Source of the DNA: a bacterium
GTDB lineage: Bacteria > UBA8248
Assembly: GCA_965219955.1 (NCBI GenBank)
Contig: OZ244799.1
Coordinates: 4,192,001-4,256,000 of the forward strand
Reading direction: 5' to 3'
DNA: 64,000 nt
Each line of letters begins with the position of its first letter. Position 1 is the stretch's first letter. Position numbers and translations under genes: made by a program. Positions 51,218-60,130 of this stretch are shown one piece after another. The notes beneath the pieces are model-generated. The model searched no databases. It had not been told where the DNA came from and worked only from the letters and a program-made list of their open reading frames with translations.

Positions 51218-51630
51218 TGGCGAGCGGGACCAGGCGCATACGGGTGCTGATGGCGAAGCCGGGCCTCGACGGGCACGACCGGGGCGTCAAGGTCATCATC
51301 CACGCGCTGAGAGACGCCGGCATGGAGGTTATCTATTCAGGATTAAGACAGACGGTCGAGCAGATCGTCTCCGTCGCGATCCAGGAGAACGTGGACGTGA
51401 TCGGCCTGAGCATCCTCTCGGGCTCCTACATGGGGATTGCGCGCAGGCTCATGGCGAGAGTCGAGGAAGAAGGCCTCGATGATTGCCTCGTCATCCTGGG
51501 CGGAAACATCCTGGAGCGCGACGTGGCGGGGCTCAAATCCCTAGGCGTCGCCGAAGTCTTCAATCACCATGCGGAGATGGCCGAAGTCGTCTCCTATATC
51601 AGGAACAACGCAGCAGCCGGCGCGGCCTGA
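51217..51630 (+). CDS. Acyl-CoA mutase cobalamin-binding small subunit
   Basis: KPGLDGHDRG (DxHxxG), GLSILSG; TGATG coupling to the large subunit. Confidence 0.93.
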   Translation: MASGTRRIRVLMAKPGLDGHDRGVKVIIHALRDAGMEVIYSGLRQTVEQIVSVAIQENVDVIGLSILSGSYMGIARRLMARVEEEGLDDCLVILGGNILERDVAGLKSLGVAEVFNHHAEMAEVVSYIRNNAAAGAA

Positions 51631-51645
51631 CGGCGGCGCATTTTC

Positions 51646-52854
51646 GTGGGGGAACAAGTTTTGGAAAAGCCGCTGGAGGGCGTGCGCATACTCGATCTTT
51701 CCGCCCTGCTCGCAGGCCCGTACGGCAGCATGGTGCTGGCCGATCTGGGCGCGGACGTCATCAAGATAGAGGTGCCGGGCCGGGGAGACCTCGTCCGCAC
51801 CATGCCGCCGCACTACGTGGGCGAGACGAGCGCCTACTTCATCGCGCTCAACAGGAACAAGCGGGGCATTTTCCTGAACCTGAAGGACGAGGAGGGCTAC
51901 CGCGTCTTCTGCGAGATGGTGAAGCGCTCCGACGTCGTCTATGACAACTACCGCCCCGGCGTCCTCGAGCGGCTGGGCGCGGACTACGAGACGCTTAAAG
52001 CAGTGAACCCGCGCATCATCAGCGCCTCCGTCACCGGCTACGGCCTCACCGGCCCACAGAAGGACAAGCCCGCGCTCGACCTCATCATCCAGGGGCGCGG
52101 CGGCATCATGAGCTTCACCGGCGAGCCGGGCCGGCCGCCCGTGCGCCTGGGCGTGCCCATGGGGGACATGGGAGGCGGCATGTTCGCCGCCCACGGGATT
52201 CTGGCGGCGCTCTACAAGCGCGAGCGGACGGGCGTGGGCCAGAAGGTGGACGTCTCGCTCCTCGACAGCCAGCTCTATCTCGCGAGCTACCGCGCGCAGT
52301 ACTACCTGACGGCGGGCGACGTGGCCGAGCCGATGGGCACGGGCCACGCATCCGCCGTTCCCATCGGCGCGTACCAGTGCGGCGACGGCAAGTGGCTCGT
52401 GCTCGACGCCATACTGGATCATTTCTTCGAGAGCCTCTGCGACGCGCTGGGTCACCCGGAGTGGAAGGACGACCCCCGGATGAAGGATCGCCCCACCCGC
52501 CTCGAGAACCGCGAATACGTGGACGCCAAGCTCTCGGAAGTCTACAAGACGGACACCGCCGCGCACTGGATCGAGAGAATCGAGGCGCACGGCGTTCCCT
52601 GCGGGCCGATCCAGAGCATCGAAGAGGCGCTGAACGACCCCCAGACGCGCTCGCGCGAGATGGTGGTGGAGATGAAGCACCCCGACCTCGGCGATATGAA
52701 CACGTTCAACACGCCCATCAAGATGGAGGGCACGTGGGGGTCCACCCCCTCGCCGCCTCCCCTGATGGGCGAGCACACCGAAGAAGTGCTCAGGGAAGTG
52801 CTCGATCTGGGCGATGCGGAAATCGAAAGGTTGAAAGAGCGCAAGGCGATTTGA
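51646..52854 (+). CDS. Family III CoA transferase
   Basis: LAGPY..LADLGADVIKIE, NRNKRG, PLMGEHT. Confidence 0.92.
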   Translation: MGEQVLEKPLEGVRILDLSALLAGPYGSMVLADLGADVIKIEVPGRGDLVRTMPPHYVGETSAYFIALNRNKRGIFLNLKDEEGYRVFCEMVKRSDVVYDNYRPGVLERLGADYETLKAVNPRIISASVTGYGLTGPQKDKPALDLIIQGRGGIMSFTGEPGRPPVRLGVPMGDMGGGMFAAHGILAALYKRERTGVGQKVDVSLLDSQLYLASYRAQYYLTAGDVAEPMGTGHASAVPIGAYQCGDGKWLVLDAILDHFFESLCDALGHPEWKDDPRMKDRPTRLENREYVDAKLSEVYKTDTAAHWIERIEAHGVPCGPIQSIEEALNDPQTRSREMVVEMKHPDLGDMNTFNTPIKMEGTWGSTPSPPPLMGEHTEEVLREVLDLGDAEIERLKERKAI

Positions 52855-52864
52855 GGGGCCTGTC

Positions 52865-53653
52865 ATGTTCCATGACAAGAAGGCTTTCGTGTTCGACCTG
52901 GAAGGGGTTTTCTTCGCCGGAGACGAGGTGATGCCCGGCGGACGGGAGTTGATGCGCGCCATCAAGGCGAGGAACCTCCCCCATCGCTTCATCACGAACA
53001 TCAGCCGCAGCACGGCGGCGGAGATTCGCGCCCACATGGCGGGCATCGGCCTGGACCCGGGGGAGAACCTCATCGTGGCCGCGCTGGACCGGGTCGGCTC
53101 TTTCCTGAGAAAGAACTTCGGATCGGGCCGCGCCTATGTGCTGGGGACGGATTCGCTGAAACGCGCCGTCGAATCGGGCGGTTTCGAGATACTGGGGCCG
53201 GAGGAGGAAGAGGGGGCCGACGTCGTCCTCGTCGGTCTGGATGAGGACCTCACCTACCGGACGCTGAGCGCCGCCGCGCGGGCGGTGAGCCTGGGGGCGC
53301 GCTTCGTCGCCATGAACCCCGACGTGCGCCTGCCGAGCGAGGACGGCTCGTTCTCGCTCGGCGGAGGCGCCATCATGGCGTCGGTGCGGGCGGCGGCGGG
53401 CCGGGAGCCTGTGTTTTTCGGGAAGCCCGAGCCTTTTCTCTTCGAGGAAGCGCTGAAAGAACTGGGCGTGGAGGCGGACCACGCCGTCATGGTGGGGGAC
53501 AACCTGAGGACGGACATCGCGGGCGGCCAGAAGGTGGGCATGGCCACCGTGTGGGTGAACCGCTGGGGCGTGATTGCCGGGGACCCGGACGTGACGGCGG
53601 ACCTGGAAGTCAAGACGCTCGACGAACTGATGCCGCATCTGCCCGGCGGCTAG
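52865..53653 (+). CDS. HAD-IIA (NagD-like) hydrolase
   Basis: FDLEG (DxE variant), ITN, GKP, MVGDNLRTDI. Confidence 0.88.
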   Translation: MFHDKKAFVFDLEGVFFAGDEVMPGGRELMRAIKARNLPHRFITNISRSTAAEIRAHMAGIGLDPGENLIVAALDRVGSFLRKNFGSGRAYVLGTDSLKRAVESGGFEILGPEEEEGADVVLVGLDEDLTYRTLSAAARAVSLGARFVAMNPDVRLPSEDGSFSLGGGAIMASVRAAAGREPVFFGKPEPFLFEEALKELGVEADHAVMVGDNLRTDIAGGQKVGMATVWVNRWGVIAGDPDVTADLEVKTLDELMPHLPGG

Positions 53654-53676
53654 ACTTGTGAGATAGAGAGGACGAC

Positions 53677-54432
53677 ATGGCGCTGGTGGAATACGAGGTG
53701 AGGGACAAGCTGGCCTGCATCACGCTGAACAGGCCCGAGAAGATGAACGCGATCAACCACGAGATGAGCGAGCGCATCTTCGCGCTCTTCGACGAGATGG
53801 AGCGCGACCCCGGCGTGTGGGGCTGCCTGATAACGGGCGAGGGAAGGGCCTTTTCGAGCGGACACGACCTCACCGAGCCGCCGCCCGAGGACAGGGAAGT
53901 CAAACCCGTCTCCGACCTCTATCAGGTCATCATGGAGTTGTTTAAGCCCTGCTTCGCGGCGATCAACGGGTTCTGCCTGGCGGGCGGTGCGGGCATCGCG
54001 CTCTCCTGCGACGTGCGCGTGATGGCCGAGGATACCCAACTCGGCTGGCCGCAGGTGATGCGCGGCATATCTTCCGTCAGCGGGCCGATTCTGCTGGCGA
54101 AGCAACTGCCCTTCAACCTCGCGCACTATCACCTGTTCACGGGCGAGCCCATCGACGCCGAAACCGCGCTCAGGCTCGGCCTCGTCAACAAGGTCGTCCC
54201 CAAGGAAAAAGTTCTGGAGGAGACCGAAAAGATCGCGCGGCAGGTGCTGGCGAACGCGCCTCTGGCGGTGCGCGCCATCAAGGAGATCACCGTCCGCGCG
54301 CGCGACATGACGATGGAAGACGCCCTGCGCTTCGGCGACGTGATCCTGAAGCGCCTCCTGGAGACGCAGGACGCCGAAGAGGGCGTGCGCGCCTTCAAGG
54401 AGAAAAGATCGCCGCGCTTTACGGGGAGATAG
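53677..54432 (+). CDS. Enoyl-CoA hydratase/isomerase family
   Basis: TLNRPEKMNA, AFSSGHDL, AINGFCLAGG. Confidence 0.9.
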   Translation: MALVEYEVRDKLACITLNRPEKMNAINHEMSERIFALFDEMERDPGVWGCLITGEGRAFSSGHDLTEPPPEDREVKPVSDLYQVIMELFKPCFAAINGFCLAGGAGIALSCDVRVMAEDTQLGWPQVMRGISSVSGPILLAKQLPFNLAHYHLFTGEPIDAETALRLGLVNKVVPKEKVLEETEKIARQVLANAPLAVRAIKEITVRARDMTMEDALRFGDVILKRLLETQDAEEGVRAFKEKRSPRFTGR

Positions 54433-54470
54433 GAGGCGGGGCGAGGTTGCTCACCTTGTAAGGGTTATTA

Positions 54471-54704
54471 CCACTCCCCCTTGAGGGTCTGTTGAAAAAG
54501 TCCCGTGGAGCGATTTTGATTGAGCGCACGTTTTTGAAGTTCACTCCCCCCTTGAGGGGGAGTCGAAGAGCTAAGGGCGTAAGCCCGCAAGCGATTCGGT
54601 GGGGGGTATAATTCGGAATGGCGATAAAATGCATTTTACCCCCCACCGCATCAGCCTTCGCAAAAAACGCTCGGCTTCTGCGACTCCCCCTCAAGGGGGG
54701 AGTG
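54471..54704. repeat. CACTCCCCCC element (54542-54704) plus partial element and MITE end
   Basis: Inverted copy of 40584-40746; a MITE end GGTCTGTTGAAAAAG follows TTGAG near 54486. Confidence 0.85.
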
Positions 54705-54833
54705 ATAAAATCTCAAAGGCAGTTGTTACATCCCTCATCAGTTCGTATTGCTCCCCACCTTGCGCGCCCGTGCGAGTCGTTGCATAACGGAATCTCGCAA
54801 GCTACCTCCACTCTCACCTGAAAGGAGGCCGCG

Positions 54834-55994
54834 GTGGACTTCGACCTCACCGACTCTCAGCGGGAAATCCGGCAAAAAGCCCGCGAAATCGCAGAGAGCA
54901 AAATAGCGCCCAAGGCGGCGCATTGGGACAAGACCGAGGAATACCCCTGGGAGAACGCCCGTATACTCGCGGATGCGGGCTTCATGGGCATGAACATCCC
55001 CGGGGAATTCGGCGGACCCGAGCGCCCGCTCATCGAGGCCGTTCTGGTGGTCGAGGAGATGGCCAGGGTCTGCGGCATCACGGGGCGCATCGTGGTGGAC
55101 TCCAACATGGGCGTGGTGGGGGCGATCATCAAGTACGGCACCGAGGAGCAGAAGAAAAAGTACCTGCCCATGGTGCTGGCAGGCGACAAGCCCGCCATCG
55201 TCATCACCGAGCCCGAGGCCGGGAGCGCCGCCACCGACATGACGACGCGCGCCGTGCTCGACGGCGGTGAATATATCCTGAACGGAAAGAAGAAGTGGAT
55301 CACCGGCGCGGGCGTCTCGCACATCAACCTCGTCTTCGCCCGCGTGGTGCACGGCGGGGACGAGCAGGGAATCGGCGCGCTGATCGTGGAGTTGGGCGCG
55401 GAGGGCTTCCGCATCGGGGAGCGCGCCTTCATGATGGGCTTGCGGGGGATTCCCGAGAGCGAGGAGATTTTCGAGAACTGCCGCGTGCCGGGTGAAAACC
55501 TGGTGACGGTGGGCTTCGGCCGCCTGATGGCCGCCTACAACGCCCAGCGCGTGGGAGCCGGCACGGTGGCCCTGGGGCTCGCCGAGGGCGCCTTTGCGCA
55601 GGCAGTGGAATACGCGAAAAAGCGCGAACAGTTCGGCCGCCCGATATCGGAGTTCCAGGGGCTTCAGTGGATTCTGGCGGATGCGCGCATTCAACTCGAC
55701 GCCGCGCGGCTCCTGCTCCACCGGGCGGCGGTGCAGGAAGACCCCAAGACGGGCTTTCCCGACATGAACCTCGCCGCCATCGCCAAGACGTTTTCGGCGG
55801 AAGCCTCGATCAAGGTGACGAACGACGCGCTCCAGATTTTCGGAGCCGCGGGCTATTCGCGTGATTTGCCGATAGAGCGCATGGCGCGCGACGTGCGGAT
55901 GTTCACCATCGGCGGGGGCACCACCCAGGCGCAGCGAAACGTCATCGCCTCAGGCATTTTCGGGAGAAAATTCTCGCAGCGCCGGGGAGGGTGA
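54834..55994 (+). CDS. Acyl-CoA dehydrogenase-like, 3-sulfinopropionyl-CoA desulfinase family
   Basis: GRIVVDSN.G, LAGDKPAI, GIPE, YNAQRVGAG (Gln in place of catalytic Glu), RMFTIGGGT resemble Advenella AcdDPN7 as recalled. Confidence 0.8.
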   Translation: MDFDLTDSQREIRQKAREIAESKIAPKAAHWDKTEEYPWENARILADAGFMGMNIPGEFGGPERPLIEAVLVVEEMARVCGITGRIVVDSNMGVVGAIIKYGTEEQKKKYLPMVLAGDKPAIVITEPEAGSAATDMTTRAVLDGGEYILNGKKKWITGAGVSHINLVFARVVHGGDEQGIGALIVELGAEGFRIGERAFMMGLRGIPESEEIFENCRVPGENLVTVGFGRLMAAYNAQRVGAGTVALGLAEGAFAQAVEYAKKREQFGRPISEFQGLQWILADARIQLDAARLLLHRAAVQEDPKTGFPDMNLAAIAKTFSAEASIKVTNDALQIFGAAGYSRDLPIERMARDVRMFTIGGGTTQAQRNVIASGIFGRKFSQRRGG

Positions 55995-56070
55995 GAAGAC
56001 CACCGACTACGTGGCTTTTGACGTCGTTACCCAGAGAGCGGATAAACCCAGGCCGTATTGCAAAGGAACC

Positions 56071-56415
56071 ATGATGGCTATCTTTACCTTGCAGGAAGCC
56101 CGTGACCTGCTGCCGCAGGTCAGGGAAGTGACGCAGCATTATCACGATGTCGTCGAGGAGATGCGCGAACAGCTGGAAAGCCTCGAAGAGTCAAGCGATA
56201 TCAAGCGCCTCGAAGGACTCATGAATGACGCGGTCGGCGAGTGGGTCGAGGCCGTCAGAAACCTGGGCGTGGAAGTCAAAGGCTTGTGGCTGGCGGATTT
56301 CGATTCGGGAGACGGCTATTACTACTGCTGGAAGCTCGGCGAGGAGGACATCGAGCATTTTCACAGCTACGATGGCGGGTTCGCCGGCCGCCGGCCCATT
56401 TCGTTGCTGGAGTAA
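56071..56415 (+). CDS. DUF2203 family protein
   Basis: FTLQEAR.LLP, GVEVKG..L.DF, CWKLGE..I..FH..GF.GRRP. Confidence 0.85.
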   Translation: MMAIFTLQEARDLLPQVREVTQHYHDVVEEMREQLESLEESSDIKRLEGLMNDAVGEWVEAVRNLGVEVKGLWLADFDSGDGYYYCWKLGEEDIEHFHSYDGGFAGRRPISLLE

Positions 56416-56486
56416 GGCTTGTTATTCCAGTGCGCAGCGACGTGTCGGTTCCCGCCGGACAGCGCTGCGGTGGAACAAATGACCCC

Positions 56487-57707
56487 CTAGCCGTATTGCA
56501 GGACCATGCCCTGCAGGCCCAGTTCGATGCAGCCGGCCACCTCGATGCAGCGCGAGTTCGCAGGCGGCATGACGACGCCGGTAATGCCCTCTCTGTAGAA
56601 TCGCTCGAAGGGATAGCGCCGCGCGATGGAGCGGCCCCCCACGAGCCGCATCGCGTGCTGCACCACCTTGGCGCAGACCTCGCACGAGACGTATTTGGAC
56701 TGCATGACGGTTTTTACCGTGTCCTGGTTCGCCATGCCGTCCCCTTGTTCCTTCACGTGAGACGCCTCGTAGAGGAGCATTCGCGCGGCTCGGATCTCGG
56801 AGCTCAACTCGCCGACCGTGGTCTGGTACATCTCGTTGTGGCTCAAGGGCTCGGGATTGGGCGGGTACTGCGTCGTTCTCACGTATTCGACCAGGTGATT
56901 GTAGGCCCCTTCCGCGATGCCGAGGTAGGCGGCGGCAAAGCCCAGGTGGAACATGGTGATGTCGATTTTCCCGAGCGCGCCGATGAAGTTCTCTCCCCCC
57001 AGGATGTCCTCGTTCGGCACGAAAGTGTCCTCGAAGATGATGTCGTCGCTCGCCGTTCCCCGCATCGACATGGTGTCCCACACCACCTGTACGGATGAAC
57101 CCCCGTAATCCTTGTGGAGCACGGCGGTCATGATGGCCTCCGCGGCGGTTTTCTTCCCCTCCAGGAACCCGGTGGTGAAGTAGTAATCGGCGTGTTCGCC
57201 TATCGAAGCGGAAATCTTCCTGCCGCTCAGGCGGTAGCCGCCCTCGACGGGAGAGAAGATGGTCTTGAGCGTAACGAGATGGCGGAAGCTCATGCCGCGC
57301 TCCGCCGTGACGGAGGAGAAAAGCTTTCCGTTCTCGACGATGTCGGGGAGCACGCGCTTTTTCTGCTCATCGTTCGCCAGGGCGAAAAAGAGGCTCACGC
57401 AGGTCTGGTGCATGTTCCAGGTCAGCGCCGTGGAGGCGCAAACCTTGCCCAGTTCGGCGAGCGCCATGTTGTAGGTGAGGGAATTGGCCCCCGAACCGCC
57501 CCATTCCTCGGGGATGCACAGGGCGTTCAGGCCCGCGTCGTTGAGCAGTTTGTAGTTCTCGGTGGGGAAGCGGCCCTCGCGGTCGATCTCGGCCGCCAGC
57601 TCTTCCATCTGCGGCGCGAGGGCTTTTATTTTGTCGATGACCTCTTTGTCGTATTTCAGATCCATCAGCGTTTCGTATGACTCACTCGCCGCGGTTGTGG
57701 GACCCAT
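56487..57707 (-). CDS. Acyl-CoA dehydrogenase family flavoprotein
   Basis: IPEEWGG.G, CASTAL..NMH, WDTMSMRGTASD, FERFYRE. Confidence 0.88.
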   Translation of the reverse strand: MGPTTAASESYETLMDLKYDKEVIDKIKALAPQMEELAAEIDREGRFPTENYKLLNDAGLNALCIPEEWGGSGANSLTYNMALAELGKVCASTALTWNMHQTCVSLFFALANDEQKKRVLPDIVENGKLFSSVTAERGMSFRHLVTLKTIFSPVEGGYRLSGRKISASIGEHADYYFTTGFLEGKKTAAEAIMTAVLHKDYGGSSVQVVWDTMSMRGTASDDIIFEDTFVPNEDILGGENFIGALGKIDITMFHLGFAAAYLGIAEGAYNHLVEYVRTTQYPPNPEPLSHNEMYQTTVGELSSEIRAARMLLYEASHVKEQGDGMANQDTVKTVMQSKYVSCEVCAKVVQHAMRLVGGRSIARRYPFERFYREGITGVVMPPANSRCIEVAGCIELGLQGMVLQYG

Positions 57708-58076
57708 TTTTTCCTCCTGTTCATCGAGGTGAAAAGCGCCACGCCTCGATCATCCAGACGGCGTTCTGCTCAAGGGTCGAGCGGGAGGACATGCCCGACG
57801 CATCTATTGGTCAACCCATTTCTATCTCCACATCCCGGTTTCGGATATTGCTCCATACGCTCGCTGTTCGGCGCAACCACGTCACATGCCTGGAGCGCCG
57901 CTTGTCGCCAAGTGTGTGAATGCCGATTCTATCAGATGCCTCTCCGAGTTTGACAGCGCTTCATCGAGGCATGTAATCTCCGCTGGGTTTTTCATACTTT
58001 AACCCATTGCGATAATTCTTGCACCAGCCGCAAATCGGCTCTGGTTTCATCACTCGTGTTTTTCGGGAGATTTAAC

Positions 58077-59078
58077 GTGCCTCCCCGCATACTCGTCTCC
58101 ACCACGCCGTTCGGTGAGATCGACCCCAGGCCCGTCGAGATGCTCGAAAGCGCAGGGGTGGAGTACGTGCGCAACACGCTGGGCAAGCGGCCGAACGAGG
58201 AGGAATTCGCCGGGATGATCCGCGGCGGCTTCGACGCCGTCATCGCGGGTCTGGAGCCCTTCACGCCGAGGATTCTGGATTTGGCGGAAGGGCTGCGGTT
58301 CATCTCGCGCGCCACGGTGGGTCTCGAGACGGTGGACCTGAACGCGGCGAGGGAGAGAAACATTCTCGTCGCGAACACCCCCGGGGCCAACTCGGAGGCC
58401 GTGGCGGAACTGACGCTGAGTTATCTGCTCTCGCTCCTGCGGGGCGTTCATCGCTCCCACGACGCGCTCCTGCGCGGCGAGTGGCTCCAGTACATGGGCC
58501 GCACGCTCGATGAAATCACCCTGGGCGTCATCGGCGTGGGGCGCATCGGCAAGCGGGTGGTTCGCCACGTCTCGGGCTTCGGCGCGAAAATCATCGCGAA
58601 CGACCTGGCGCCCGATGCGGAATTCGGCGAGCGCTACGGCGTGGAATGGGCCGGGAAAGAAGAAGTCTACCGGCGCGCCGACGCCGTCTCCCTGCACGTT
58701 CCCGCCACGCCGGCGACGATCCACATGGTGGGGGAAGACGAGATCGCGATGATGAAAAAGGGCGCTTTCCTCATCAACACGGCGCGGGGCGTCATCGTGG
58801 ACGATGAGGCGCTCGCTCGCGCGCTGCGCTCGGGCCACCTGGGGGGTGCGGGGATCGACGTTTTCCCCGAAGAGCCTTACCGGGGCGTCCTCGTGGGCGC
58901 GCCCAACTGCATTCTCACCGCGCATCTCGGCGCGAGAGCGCGCTCCTCGCGCTTGCAGATGGAGCTCGACGCGACGGAAAACGTCCTGTGCTTCCTGGCG
59001 GGGGAGCCGATTCCGGGACTCGTGCCGGATGAGGAATACGAGATGCAGCGCATCATCACCGCCGACGCGAACGCGTGA
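58077..59078 (+). CDS. D-2-hydroxyacid (phosphoglycerate) dehydrogenase family
   Basis: AVAEL, GVGRIG, LINTARG, DVF..EP, TAHLG. Confidence 0.9.
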   Translation: MPPRILVSTTPFGEIDPRPVEMLESAGVEYVRNTLGKRPNEEEFAGMIRGGFDAVIAGLEPFTPRILDLAEGLRFISRATVGLETVDLNAARERNILVANTPGANSEAVAELTLSYLLSLLRGVHRSHDALLRGEWLQYMGRTLDEITLGVIGVGRIGKRVVRHVSGFGAKIIANDLAPDAEFGERYGVEWAGKEEVYRRADAVSLHVPATPATIHMVGEDEIAMMKKGAFLINTARGVIVDDEALARALRSGHLGGAGIDVFPEEPYRGVLVGAPNCILTAHLGARARSSRLQMELDATENVLCFLAGEPIPGLVPDEEYEMQRIITADANA

Positions 59079-59117
59079 ACCGGAAAACCATACCCTCCCA
59101 GACATTGGAGTCATTCG

Positions 59118-59882
59118 ATGCCCAGGACACCTGATTATTTCGCGGGAAAAACCATCATCGTCACCGGCGCGGCCAGCGGCATCGGCAAGGAGACCTCCCT
59201 TATCTTCGGGCGCGAGGGGGCCAACGTCTTCTGCGCGGACCTGGATGAGGAAGGCGCCGCCGATGTGGCCGAACGCGTTACGGAGAACGGGGGCCGGGGC
59301 GTTCACATGAAGGTGGACGTCACCTCGCGCGAGGAGGCGTTCGCCATGACGAGGCGCGCGAAGGAGAGGTTCGGCCGGGTTGATTTCTCGCTCAACTCCG
59401 CAGGCGCCGCGCTCAAGCGTTCGGATTTTCTGGGTATTGACGACGACCTGTGGGAGCGGACGTTCGACCTGAACGTCAAGGGTGTTTTCTACTGCATGCA
59501 GGCCGCGATTCCCGAAATGCTCGAAAACGGCAAGGGCGTCATCGTCAACATCGGCAGCATGGCGCACAAGCGCGGCGGGCCGGGCCACTCGGTGCACTAC
59601 GCGGCGGCCAAGGGCGCGGTGGTGACGATGAGCATGGGCGTGGGCCGCGAGTACGCGGATAAGGGAATCCGGTGCATGTCCATATCGCCGGGACCCATCG
59701 ACACGCCGTTTCACGACGTCTCCTCGGAGGAACTCAGGGAGTCGATGCGCGCTCAGATACCGATGGGCCGCTTCGGCACGCCGGAGGAAATCGGCGAACT
59801 GGTGCTGTTCATGTGTTCGGATGCGTGCGAGTTCATGACGGCGGATACCGTGTACGCAAACGGCGGCGGGGGCTGGAAGTAA
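59118..59882 (+). CDS. SDR oxidoreductase
   Basis: TGAASGIG, YAAAK, PMGRFG.PEE. Confidence 0.9.
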   Translation: MPRTPDYFAGKTIIVTGAASGIGKETSLIFGREGANVFCADLDEEGAADVAERVTENGGRGVHMKVDVTSREEAFAMTRRAKERFGRVDFSLNSAGAALKRSDFLGIDDDLWERTFDLNVKGVFYCMQAAIPEMLENGKGVIVNIGSMAHKRGGPGHSVHYAAAKGAVVTMSMGVGREYADKGIRCMSISPGPIDTPFHDVSSEELRESMRAQIPMGRFGTPEEIGELVLFMCSDACEFMTADTVYANGGGGWK

Positions 59883-59891
59883 AGCGCCGGG

Positions 59892-60116
59892 TCACCTTCT
59901 CGAAAAAAGGTTCAGGAGCAGCGTCAGCACGATGCTGATCACGATGCAGGTCACCACCGGGAAGGAAAAACTCCAGTTCTTGCCCTTCAGGTGAATGTCG
60001 CCCGGCAGTTTCCCCAGAAACGGGATCTTGGGCGCCAGGACGAACACCACGCCTAAGACCATCAGAACCGCGCCGAGCAGAACCAGCGTTTTACCGAAAC
60101 CGCCGAAAGGCTCCAT
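59892..60116 (-). CDS. DUF2905 membrane protein
   Basis: LGKLPGDI..FPVVTCIVIS; typical neighbour of ruvB. Confidence 0.85.
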   Translation of the reverse strand: MEPFGGFGKTLVLLGAVLMVLGVVFVLAPKIPFLGKLPGDIHLKGKNWSFSFPVVTCIVISIVLTLLLNLFSRR

Positions 60117-60130
60117 CTGCCTTTTCCCTC

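Noticed and set aside
6451-54704. Recurring palindromic repeats as a CRISPR array
   Set aside because: They are dispersed inverted doublets with no regular repeat-spacer periodicity, and there are no cas genes.
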